From NCBI GenBank assembly GCA_002104905.1, contig MCFE01000468.1:5947-69946 (forward strand): a stretch of DNA of 64,000 nt. The letters are read 5' to 3'. Origin of the DNA: Basidiobolus meristosporus CBS 931.73. Taxonomy: Eukaryota > Fungi > Basidiobolomycota. Shown one piece after another: positions 34,147 to 46,690 of the stretch (positions are counted from its first letter, which is position 1; the number at the start of each line of letters is the position of its first letter). Under the pieces are notes generated by a model. It saw only the letters and a program-made list of their open reading frames with translations. It made no database searches and was not told where the DNA came from. Both the position numbers and the translations under genes were made by a program.

Positions 34147-34879
34147 AGACTTGTTCCGTTGGATAGTGCCACATTGAGCCATGAGTGCCAAATGATGCCA
34201 TAGTGTGCCAGAGAGGCCAAGTGAGTCTCTACCTGGCCACAGAGTGTGAAACATAGCTCTGCATCTTCATGCAAAGCAGCCCCTGTGTTTCACCCATTGT
34301 GCTGGGGAAAATCCATTTTTTGCCCTTTTTTTTTGGATCAATGTTGTGCAGGATATGTTAGAGCACAAGCAGATTGAAGATATGCGTCTGGTACTCAATA
34401 CCCATGGCACTCTGAATCTAGCTCCTGTAGCTTGTATCATGTCACTAAAATGAATGGCACTATCTTGGTCCACTGGTACTATCTGGCACTATATTTAAAT
34501 ATTAGCCCTAAAGTAAGATCTATACAAAGCACTTATAGTGCCAGATAGTACCAGTGGACCAAGATAGTGCCATTCATTTTAGTGACATGATAAAAGCTAC
34601 AGGAGCTAGATTCAGAGTGCCATGGGTATTGAATACCAGATGCATATCTTCAGTTCTCCTGTGCTCTTACACATCCTGAGCTACATTGATCCACAAAAAA
34701 GGTAAAAAAATGGATTTTCTCCTGCGCAATGGGTGAAACACAGGGGCTGCTTTACATGAAGATGCACAGCTATTTTTCACACTCTGTGGCCAAGTATAGG
34801 CTCACTTTACCTCTCTGGCACACTATGGCATCATTTGGCACTCATGGCTCAATGTGGCACTATCCAACGGAATAAGTCT
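34147..34879. mobile_element. Foldback non-autonomous PHIS element (733 bp; ~347-bp inverted arms, 40-bp spacer), TSD ATT
   Basis: ATT|AGACTTGTTCCGTTGGATAGTGCCACA ... TGTGGCACTATCCAACGGAATAAGTCT|ATT; the first ~27 bp match the right end of copies B and C. Confidence 0.92.
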
Positions 34880-36943
34880 ATTGCATTAGCTATCCCTCAC
34901 TATATTTAAGATTACTAGCTGTAATTGCTTCTATATTAGGCAAGTGCCCTCATCAGTACCTGTGACAAATCATCAACCCATGTTGCCATCCCTACCATTT
35001 CTGTACCACATATGATATCCCTATGTTACACAGGTTTCAGAGTACTGACTCCTGATTGGTTGGATGTGCTGTGCCCCTTAGAACCTTCCGGCACCTACTT
35101 AGAATATTCTTGGCTCATTCTGATGTCATTCAGATTTCTATTGATCTCTGGAACCTTCTGGAACATCATGATTAGTATTCACTTGGCAAGTGAGAAAAGT
35201 ATAGAAGGGAGATAATCCCTCAACAATAAATTACCATACCTTTTACCAGTATACCAACTTGTTGATTAGTGTGATCAATACCACCTGCTGCTACCTGAAC
35301 TTCCAACCCCAGACCACAGAAACTCCCAGGAAACCATGCTGACAGCCAACTGACCTTAGAGGCACTACTTGTGAAGAATACTCAGAGTAGGTATCTTTAT
35401 TATATTTGTTTCTTTCCCAAGTTTGTACTTGTACAGGCAAAGATACTTCTCTGTCTTTGTAACTGTTGGCCAAAGCTGCATTCTTATCAAGTCCCTGCTG
35501 GTGGAGTTTACAGTTGTTTTTACTTTGGAAGCTTTTGTACATTGTCATCTCAAAGGATGCTGAACCCAGCACATACTTCTGTTAAGACACCAACTAAGTT
35601 GGGGATTATAGCCCAATAGTTTTCCCTTGACAAGCTTGTGGCTTTATTCCCCATCACATTAGATTAGAGACAGAACCCAAGTATCCCTAGCAAGCTTTTG
35701 CCAGAGGTTATTGCTCCTAGTGAACACCCCACACACAAAACACTTGACAAGTGTTGGACGTATCTCTCCCTTGGACTTATACACCACCACACTGCACCAA
35801 TTTACCAAATGGTATTTCCTTTTTCTACCTCTCCTTGTACAATTCACATATTCCACTGTAGAACCACCCCTCTTTATTTGCTTACCCACTACTATCTTGG
35901 GTATTCCACATATAGTTTGAATCAAAAAAAACTATGGTTTCCTGCTTACTAACCTCTGCAAATGTGCACACCTGCTGCAAATGACATTCTTCTATCACCT
36001 CAACTTTACAGCTTTTTACTGTGATACTTGCAAAGTTGCCATATACCTTGTACTGCTGGTAACATATACATCTTGCAAACATATGCTTGGTTGTTGCCAC
36101 TTCTGCCATGACTACCTCCTGAATATCCACAAAGAACTTCATGGTATTTAGCCAGTATATTCCTTCTCCCTGCTGGATTCTAGTCCCCCTAATAGGTGCG
36201 CTCTGGCTTTTGTTTGTGTGAACTCTGTATTGAATGGTGTAGACCATGAGAAATCCAGCATACCTTAGTAGAGTTTTCCTGATAAAAATTAGTTGCTTGT
36301 TGTACCCAACCCAACTTTGCATTACTTAATTGATCAACTAGGCATTGGGGCTGCTTAGCTTCTTCATGCCATAGGCATAGGTGTCTCCATGTGCACATTT
36401 GTCCTCAGTATTTTCCAACTCTTCCTGGCTGTCCTCCATGTGCCAACACATCACATCCATGTGGGACTTGAGGGTAATATTCTTGATGAGATTGGGATAT
36501 GGTAGTACCTGCAACTTCACTTGTCTTCCTATCTCTTTGCACATCTACTCCAGAGGAAACTCCAAAAGGTGAAGCAAGGCACACTATTCTCCACATACCA
36601 ATCAAGATGGAATAGAGAATGGATACAGCAGCAGCAGAGATCTATGCATTCAGCTTTATACTTGTAGTATAGCTGCTAAGGTAGCAGATACTCTGTAATA
36701 TCTTGCAAATTCTTTCAAGTTTCTCCAGTATCTTGAAGGGCTCATTTTGCTTGAAATTCCCCATGTTCAACTTGGTCATCAGTATAGGCATATTGCTGGA
36801 AAGCAAATGCAATGCTCCCAGGGGAAAGCTTTTGCTTCAATAGATACCCTCTCTCTTAAGTATCTCCAATTAATTCCATATTCTGGCCAATGGCTTATAG
36901 CTTGCCAACTTTGCTGCAATTGCATGCTGACTTCTGTAAGTTC

Positions 36944-38171
36944 TGTTGTGTTGTATTATGATTAGTTTGGGGCTTGTTCTACAATGTAGAGGCTAATTAA
37001 CAATATACAACAACTTCCAGTATGCTAATACTGAAATAGCTTATTGGGAGCTTGATATACCAATAGAAGATATAACTTTCACTAATCACTAATTCCTCAA
37101 TCTTAGGCTCAAAATATACTATAGGCAGTGTTTATCACTTCTACAGCAGTGTTCTGACCTTCTGTTGACTAATGGGCTTATTTACTTTTATAGTAACTTT
37201 TCCTTATTTGGAAGTCACTTTCCTTTCTGAGAAAATATCTCCTAATATGGAAATTCTGAACTCCCCTTTAACCTAAAGGGGTGTGTTGTAGAAGTCTCTA
37301 AAGGGGTGTCTAAAGGGGTGTTTGTAGAGTAAAGGGGCTTCTTGTAGTGGTCTCTAAAGTGGACTTTACACTAAAGGGGTGCCTAAAGGGGCTTCTTTAG
37401 AGTAAAGGGGTTTCTTAAAGGGGTCTCTAAAGGGGTCATTAGACTAAAGGGGTGTCTAAAGGGGTGTCTTTAGAGTAAAGGGGTTTCTTAGAGGGGACTT
37501 TTCCTCCAGAAAAGTGGTAGTTTCTTCTAGAACTTAGATTGGATTCTTGTGAGCTTTGCAGTCTCTTTACTGATGTAGTATCAATCAAAGTCAGAATACT
37601 CAACAGTGCAAGTGATGCGGGGAAGTCTTATAACCTTTAAACTTGTAATTGTAGTGTGGAGATTCTGGAAAGAGAGGCTCTCCTTTATTTTTCAGCTGGG
37701 GAAGTCATATATATTAAAATTTTGAAGGATCAAAGTTTTTGGGCAATTGCGCAAGCAATACACGTGATACAAAGCTAAAATTTGCAGTGGCACAGATCGG
37801 ACATAGGCGCAGCACCTGTGAAAATTTCACGTGATTTGATTGGCTGGCTCAAAAGTTACACGTTATCAAAGTCACCATAGTAATCCTAGCATTAAGGCAT
37901 AGTATATATAATAGTTGGACTTTTTTGGTCATAACTCCTTAAGTACTGCTTCAAATGAGCTGTAATTTGAAACATGTGTTGGCTACTATGGGTTCTGTAT
38001 GACATATTATTCTTGGGTGTGTTGCTTTTCAGGGTCTGGAGCATTTGTTCATCAAAGTTGAAAATTCTTGATCTGTCACTTGTGTGTTACAATAGCAAAA
38101 AGCAAAATAAAGAAATGAGTGCAATATTGGTTTAGAGATATTGTAGTAATGGAATACTTTCTATTACCACA
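36944..38171. mobile_element. Solo LTR (1228 bp), 4-bp TSD GTTC, with TAAAGGGG array at 37274-37496
   Basis: GTTC|TGTTGTGTTG ... TTACCACA|GTTC; paralog of 20844-22086; 12 exact TAAAGGGG units. Confidence 0.87.
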
Positions 38172-39283
38172 GTTCTCTCTGTGGAAAGATGATGTTCTTA
38201 GTGCTGGTGTTTGGGTAATGATAATGTGTGTGAGTTATGGAGTAAATCTCATGGATCTCACACATTTGACAGCAACACCATACATTGAGCCTGGAAAAAC
38301 CTGCAATTTTGCTGATGGCTGCGGTATCTCTAATGCAGATAATAATATGAGCTTTTACATGACAGCCATTTACTGTTATCCCACCAGAGGGCATACAAAC
38401 TTCATCCTGCAATGGACACAGATAGCTATCCAGGTTTGATGGTGCTTTAGGTCCAGATACCAGTGAAACTACCATCAGATTATTGCTCTGATACTGTAAG
38501 ATGGGTGGCAGATTCAGATTGATGAGAATCAGTGGCCAGCAAGATTTGGTGGTAGAGTGTTTGTTTAATGAGAACCCATCAAGTGCTAAGACTAAGGCAT
38601 GGTCATACATACCTTCAAAGTAGCCCTTGCTTGTTAGCTGATTGTAATGTTTGTCATCAAATATATTGGATATGTTTGCACTTGATTGATACTGAGTGCA
38701 GTACTGTATAGCTTTGCAATATTTGCCAGACTGCATCAGCCTCATCAGACAGGGTATGACCAGAATATATCCAGAGTGTGAACTATGTTTTCCCTCCAGG
38801 TGGTGGATTCCTGACTACTTAGACATGTTGCAACATTAGCATCTTTGGATGTGAATGCCATGCAACTGTTAACACATGCTGGAATCATGAGAGCCTTTGG
38901 AGCATATGTTGCCAGCCACATGACAGTTGTCCACTTGTACCATATACATGGTAAGTTGCATCCTGGTATGATTTTGGCAAGAGGTATGAATAAATCCTCA
39001 AGTCCCCCATTACTGATATTAGTAGAAGCATGCCACTTCTCTAGCCACAACATTACATTATCTACCAGTAGATGGATTACTGGGCTCACTTGGCTCCACA
39101 AGTTATCCTTGGTATTTGTTTCAATGGGTGTTGTCTCATTAAATACAGGGATTTGACCAGGCTCATACATGGTACTGTTGTTAGGGGAGATAGGCTCAAA
39201 ATGCATTAGTGAACCTTCTTTGTCAGAGCAATCACTCTGTGCACCATATTCAGAAGGCTGAGGTGAGCCTAGAGGCATCATAA

Positions 39284-39651
39284 TGTTATGATCTGCTGCT
39301 TGAATGTTTAAGTTGGATCAGTTTTTAGTCAAATCAATTAGTATATGTTCAGGTTATCAGTATATCAGTATTATCTATGAAGTCAGTAGCATTAGTCAGC
39401 AAATGAATCAGCAGATCCTTATCAGACAGATATAGGTATATTAAGTAGGATCTTATTGGGTGATGATGATGCAATCAAATGAGTCATCAGCCACAACCTA
39501 CATTAGGAAATACAATTAGTCAGCAATTTATCTGGCAAAATGTATATAAGGAGCTGCTGGAACCTCAATAAAAATCAGTTCAAGTTTTAGTGAATACAAT
39601 ACTAGCTAAACTCCCTATTCCTCTACAACTCTTATACCAAGACTTGTAACA
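39284..39651 (+). mobile_element. Solo LTR (368 bp) of the 58.5-63.0-kb Gypsy family, TSD ATAA
   Basis: ATAA|TGTTATGATCTGC ... GACTTGTAACA|ATAA; reverse complement of the LTRs at 58491-58857 and 62585-62952. Confidence 0.88.
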
Positions 39652-42006
39652 ATAAACTCACCTGACTCAGTTTGTGCAAAGTGACAAAGATGGCCAGGTG
39701 CCAATATAGAAGTATTAACTGGCTGGCAAGATAATGTTGGTACAGTAGTGACCAATGAATGATCAAATATGACTTGGGTGGCAAAATACTGGCCATGATC
39801 CTTGTAATACTTCCTATGCTGTCTGCATGCTTCATGGCTGAGAGGCTTCCCACAATAGCCATATGGTCTTTTTTCTCTTTTCTTACGGTGTCAAGTCAGA
39901 GTAGTCTTGTCTATGGGGCAAGCAGCTTGACCTTCAACAATGTAAGGCTATTATATCACTTTTTTGTCAGTATTCATGTGAACTTAAGACAATCATGCAT
40001 TTGAAACATTGCACCTACATGAATGTAAGTTTCAATGATGACCCACAATGGTAAGCATTATAAATGAATTTATGGCACCACATACACACGTATATATAAC
40101 ACTATTTCCCCTTAGGTTTGACTCACTTCCATATATATGCAGCTAAAAAATAAAGCATGTATGTCTGGTTTGCAACCAAATCCCACTGCTGATGGCAACA
40201 GCAGAATGATTGGACAAAAGCTTACTTTGACATTCAGTGCAACAAGCAGGGCTACATCTAAAAAAGGCCCTGTGGACAGTGTGCCCATTGAAGGGAATAA
40301 TGTAAATTCCTCAGGCTCTCAGTCAAGTAGGCAATTGAGAACCTCTGTGGAGCCACAAGCTGATCAGTATGCTCAGGCAGATGAGAATGTAGCAAATGCT
40401 GTACTCTCAGCTGAAGACCAGCAAGTGGCTATGATAACATCACCACCACCCACATTAGTAAGTATGTTGTCAGCTCATACCAAAGCTTCAATGAAGCAAT
40501 TAGGTGCAGTGACTGATAGCATAGATGCAATGGCCCAGAGAAGTCAGGAAATAGTCCAAAAACAGGATGAGTAGATAAAACATGTAGAGCAATCAATATA
40601 GCATGTAGAGAAAGCAGTGTCTTTGCTGCAAAGAAGGAACTCAAGTAGCACAATGTCACAGCCAAGAATTGAGCCATTTCGCATTGCAACAGCAGAGGAA
40701 CACCATACAGTCTTTGAAGCACAATAACAGTATCCAAAGATAAAGCCTACAGAAGAACCTATCACAGCATGGGAGGGAGACAATGTGGTATTTATACCAA
40801 AGCCTAAAAATCAAAAGACATTGAAGATATGTGAAGCCATTGAGTTCAATAATAAAGAGTGGACTAATATACAAGTGGCTGTCTGAAGTCTAGCGTGCCA
40901 TCACCTTAAGGCTGGCATATCATGGGACCATCATGAATTCAAGGCCAAGCAGAATGCACTTGACTTGCTTTATGAGCATTATCCTGGATTTAAACACACC
41001 AACAAGTTTTGGACCAGTAATGGTATGCTAAGAAAGTATCTCAAGAATAGCAGTAACTATTAAAGACAAAGAACTAGGGTGCAATGGCTGAAAACCAGCG
41101 GCTTCATCAGGAGCCCATAAGCATATGTTTGTAATAACCAAAATCTCTGAAGATAAAGGTGATCCAAACATTGGTGCAGATATTGTTAATAAATCACATA
41201 TTCAGATTGCCTCAATGGATTTAAAACTGTATGAGGCATTCTCACAGGAGCAATGGCAGATATTGAGCTTATTGACAAAGGGTCAGTGTTTGTCAAATTC
41301 ATGGCTAGGCCAAAATTTGGGTTGTTCAAAAACAGCGTTTTTGTTGATCAGGGGCCACTTTTGTTAATTAACTTTCCTTTTGTTTTTCTTCATAGGGGGC
41401 AGGGGGTGGGGGTGAGGGCAACAGAGCATTACAGCCAAAATTCTTATAGAGTTGAGGATTTTAATAGTGTTACTTGTTGAGTGCAGGGTTGGGCTTAATG
41501 TTAGTGTAGGGTATAGGGACTTGTATAGGTCAATACAATTGGTAACTGAGGTTCAACTGAAGTTTTAATGGAAATAAATCAATTTATATGCATGAAAACT
41601 AAGAGAAATGGTTGAGTCAGGAAGTAAGAAGTGTGAAAAAGTGGCAATACCCAACCAATGCACACAAACAAAGGAGGTAATAGAGTGTGCAGGATCAGAA
41701 AGTGAGCAAGTTAGCAGGGAAGCAATAAAAAGCCACATGCACATTGTTGTGATGAAAAATTTGCCAAGTCTTTGTTGCAATTTAAGAAGTGATTTGGATA
41801 TATGGAATTTATCAAGAAATGGTGATAATAGTTGAACTGTTGTTTAGTAGTAAAGAAGCTCAGTATTTATGCCTTTGTAAAAGTAATACAGCTGTAACAC
41901 TAAGTAAGGAGGGTTTCTCAATATTCAGGAGCATTCTGTAACCGCCTCAGGGTTAGTACATAGTAGTTAGTATTAGTGCTATTTTGTTCCTGACTATAGG
42001 GGAATA

Positions 42007-45000
42007 TGTTGCAATATTGGACTATTTGGTATCATTCTGCAGCTGAAAATTTACCTAACAATTCTGGACTAGTCTTGGCACTGTGGGACTAATTTGCAGC
42101 TCTGACTTTGCCACTTTCTTCAGATCTATGATCTTATGAATATTCACCTATAGTCAGGATCAAAACAGCACTAATACTAACTATTATGTACTAACCCTGA
42201 AACTGTTACAGAATGCTCCTGAATATTGAGAAACCCTCCTTACTTAGTGTTACAGCTGTATTACTTCTACAAAGGTATAAGTACTGAGCTTCTTTACTAA
42301 TAAACAACAGTTCAACTATTATCACTATTTCTTGATAAGTTCCTTATATCCAAATCACTTCTTAAATTGCAACAGGTTATGAGCCCCAATTGCCTTAATC
42401 TATTCTAAAAATGACTTCTACTAGCAAACAGAACAACACAAACATCTTCCCTGTAAAGGAGAGGTTTGATGGAAAGAACTACAGACTTTGGAGAATCAAG
42501 ATTCATATTCACCTTGAGGAAAGGAAGCTTAGGAATGTAGTAACAGGAAAAGATGTTGAGCCCAAAGGAACAGCAGAAGAAGTGGGGAAGTTTCAAGAGA
42601 AGGAGAGAAAGGCCTTTAAAGCCATATGTATCAATGTGCAAGATTCCTTCATTGGACAAATCCATGCCTCAAATACTGCCAAAGCAGCATGGGAAACCTT
42701 AGAGAAGATCTCTAGAGCAAAGTCAGTGTCAAGCAGGTGTTATTTGAAAGAAAAGTTCTTCAACATGAGGAAGAAACCAGATGATGACATGCTGCAACTC
42801 ATTACCAAAATGGAGATACTTGCAGAAGAAATTTACAATATTAATGCTGGTGTAGATAATGAAGAGAAGATACTCTGTCTGCTTTGCAGCCTACCAGACA
42901 AGTATGAGCCACTCATACTTTCTTTTGAAAGCAGAGAAGACAACTTGACTTTAGACTATGTCAAAGGAAGACTTCTCCATGAAGAACTCAGACATAATGA
43001 TCAAGCAGAGGAAATTGAAGTTAATGCTTTATTCAGTTCAGAAAGGCACTCAGAAAAGAAGGGAAAGCAACAAAACCAAAGAAAACCTGGTTGCTACAAC
43101 TATTGTAAAAAGCCAGGACACTGGGCAAGAGAACGCAAGAAGAAACAAGCAGACAAAAAACAGAAACTAGAGCAGGCAAACCATGTAACTACTGATGAAC
43201 AGTTCTTTGTAACCATACAAGAGAATGCAAGTAACCAAAATAATGAATGGTATATTGACTCTGGAGCATCACAGCATATTTGTGGTATAAAGGAGTAGTT
43301 CAGCAACTTAAAAACTATTCCTGTAAGAAAGGTTTATCTGTGAGATAACTCTGCTCTGGAATCTACCACAAGTGAGTCTATACAACTAAATATGAGCAAT
43401 AGCTCAGAGGCAACTACAGTAAGACTCACTGACGTACTCTGTGTACCTGGAATAGGTAAGAACTTACTCCCAGACAGTAAATCAACCGCTCAGGGACTGA
43501 AAATTGTTTTTACTAAGATGAGGGGCTCAATATTAAGTGAGAACAGACAAAAAGTAGCTTTGGAAATCAGAGATCACAATATATACAAGTCACAATGCAA
43601 GATCATTGTACCTGAGTATGTCAACATTGCTGAAACTGATGAAACCAACTGGGAGATGTGGCATAGGAGGCTAGGACACATTGGGGAACAGAGAATGAGA
43701 CAATTGGTGAAAAATCAGCTTGTTTTGGGCCTAAAATACTCAATTCCAATCAAATTGAATGCTTGTAAGGGATGCTCATATGGCAAACATGCTAGGCAAC
43801 ATTTCAAGAGCTCAGAAGGTATCAATACCACCAAATTATTGGCTATTGTACACTTAGACATATGTGGGCCCATGAGAACACTGTCATTTGGAGCCAAAAG
43901 ATACTTTATGATGTTTATTGATGACAAAACAAGATATACATGGGTGTACTTCCTCAAAACAAAGGATAAAGCTTTAGAGATGTTTGAGCACTTCAAGAAC
44001 CTGGCAGAAGCTTAAACTGGGTGTAAGTTGAAGGTACTACAAAGTTACAATGTAGGAGAATACTGCTCAAAGAAGTTTGCAAAATACTGCTTGTCCACTG
44101 GTATACTTCAACAGACCACAGTTCCTCATACTCCACCGCCAAATGGAGTAGCAGAATGCTCAAATAGAAAAATAGTAGACATGGGAAAATCTAAGCTATA
44201 TAAAAAGAGAATGGACTATAAGCTTTGGGCTGAATCTGTTGCTACCACTATATATTTCAAGAACAGATGCCCAACAACAGCACTACATAAATCTACACCC
44301 TTTGAAGCATATACAGGCAAAAAACCAGATCTCCAGCACCTCAAGATCTTTGGCGGTGATGTTTTTTATCACATCCCTGACAAAAAACCCTCAAAGTTGG
44401 AACCAAAGAGAAGGAGAGGGATCTTTCTTTGGTATTGTGAAGATACTAAAGGGTATAGAGTGTAAGATGGCAAAGTTCAGAAGCTGATCAAGAGCAGGAA
44501 TGTTGTATTTGAGGAGAATTCAGATCAGAAAGCCACAGAAATCATTGGCCAGCTGCCTGATGATGCAATCAACACTAATGAAAAAGATATGTACCAAGTC
44601 CAGCCAGATATGGAAGATACTTCTACCAGTTCCAGATCAGAACAGATTATCCCAGTTAGGAGATCTATCAGAATAAGAAATGCCCTTGGATCCTGGTGGC
44701 AGACATCCAATGATCATGAAGAAGCTTATCTTGCCTTATGTGCCAAACCTCAGAATCTGGAACAGGCAATGCAAAGTCCAGATGCTACCAAGTGGCAACA
44801 AGCCATGCCAGAGTAGTACCAATCACTGATCAAGGCAAAAACGTGGGAACTGGTAGATTTACCAAATGGGAGAAAGCCAATGGAATGTAGATGGGTCTAC
44901 AAGATCAAGATAACCTCAAATGGTGCTGTTGATGAGTACAAGGCTAGATTGGTAGCTAATGGCTAACCCAGATCCAGGGACTAGACTTTGAGGAAACATT

Positions 45001-46690
45001 TGCACTGATTGCCAAGATGAACTCCATTAGGACAATTCTAGCCTTGGCAGCTGTAAACAGTCTGGATCTAAACCATATGGACGTCAAAACAGCCTTTCTA
45101 AATGGGGATTTGCAAGAAACTATATATATGGAGCAACCAGAAGGCTTTATGGATCCAAAAGTACCCCATAAGGTGTGCAAACTTAGGAAATTGATATATG
45201 GGCTTAAGCAGGCACCTAGAGCATGGTATAACAAGATTGGCACATACCTAAAGGAAATTGGGTTCTCTCATTGAACTGCGGATTACAGTATATATGTGAG
45301 ACAGATCATAAAGGGTGTAATCATCCTAGTACTTTATGTACACAACCTGATTATAGCTTCTAGCAACCAAGAGGCACTTATACAGACAAAATTAGATCTC
45401 TTCAACAAGTTTGAGATGAAAGATCATGGAAAATTGTGCTATTTTCTTGGTATTGAGGTCCAATTTGACATACCCACGTAGAAAATTGTGCTGAATCAGT
45501 CTAAGTACATCAGGGACATTCTTAGACGCTTCAAAATGGAAAATTGCAAGCCTGCAGCTACCCCTATGGACAATAACCTAAGATTAAGCAAATCTCAGCC
45601 AGCTATAGATGAAACTGGCTCAAATATGGACCAAAGCATCCCCTATCAATCAATGGTTGGTAGCCTACTGTACATAATGGTGTCTACATGTCCAGATATT
45701 GCAGTGGCAGCTAGAATAGTCAGTCAATTCATGCAGAATAATGGATCAGATCCAATTACAGCAGTTAAGCGGATTTTCAGATATCTACAAGGTACCATAA
45801 ATATGATACTGGATTACTCTGGAGCAGCTAATAGGCAAATACCTGATGGTTATAGTAGTTCAGATTGGGGTAGAAATCTGATAGACAGATGCTCCACCAC
45901 AGGCTATGTATTTCTTTATGCTGGTGCCATTTTTACTTGGAATTGCAAGAAACAGCCAACTGTGGCCCTATCTACAACTGAAGCAGAATATGTGGCTGCA
46001 TGTCATGCAACTTAGAAGGCTATATGGCTACAAAAATTATTCAAAGACTTAGGTTTTAATTCAGATGAACCAAGATGTATTTACAAGGATAATCAAAGTT
46101 GTATTTCATTAGCTAGAAATCCTACTAATCATGCCAGAACTAAGCACATTGATATACTGCATCACGTTGTGAGGGAAGCTGTAGAAAATAATCTAGTACA
46201 GTTAGTGTACTGCCCAACTAACAAAATGGTGGCAGATATATTGACAAAACCACCAGCTAGGCCACAATTTGAGCATCTCAGGCAGGAATTAGGTTTAAGA
46301 AATTATTTAGTTGAGAGGGAGTGTCAACATATTGGACTATTTGGTATCATTCTGCCGCTAAAAATTTACTTATCAATTCTGGACTAGTCTTGGTCACTGT
46401 GGGACTAATTTACAGCTCTGACTTTGCCACTTTCTTCAGATCTATGATCTTATGATTATTCACCTATAGTCAGGATAAAATCAGCATTAATACTAACCAT
46501 TATGTACTAACCCTGAAACTGTTACAGAATGCTCCTGAATATTTAGAAACCCTCCTTACTTAGTGTTACAGCTGTATTACTTCTACAAAGGTATAAATAC
46601 TGAGCTTCTTTACTAATAAACAACAGTTCAACTATTATCACTATTTCTTGATAAATTCCTTATATCCAAATCACTTCTTAAATTCCAACA
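42007..46690 (+). mobile_element. Full-length Ty1/Copia retrotransposon (degenerate), LTRs 42007-42374 and 46322-46690, TSD GAATA
   Basis: PBS GGTTATGAGCCC after the 5' LTR; gag (42411-43298), knuckle CNYCKKPGHW, protease WYIDSGASQH, WHRRLGH, integrase, RT (DVKTAFLNG, LYGLKQAPRAW), RNase H (ALSTTEAEY), PPT GAGAGGGAG; GAATA on both sides. Confidence 0.93.

Larger units (their letters stand above)
35250..41398 (-). mobile_element. Decayed CACTA/EnSpm-like (CMC) DNA transposon with two solo-LTR inserts and a divergent second ORF remnant (~40137-41060, +)
   Basis: Transposase_21-type motifs LALDGF...SCWPLILINLNLPP...N.MVVSLVSGPKAP.NLDSYL.PL and IPACVNSCMAF (38164-39281), continuing at 36940-35300. 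Boundaries uncertain. Confidence 0.75.

Noticed and set aside
34267-34473. Recurrent ORF MDQDSAIHF... (also 49626-49832)
   Set aside because: Arises from the foldback arms on both strands; no start codon context or protein features.
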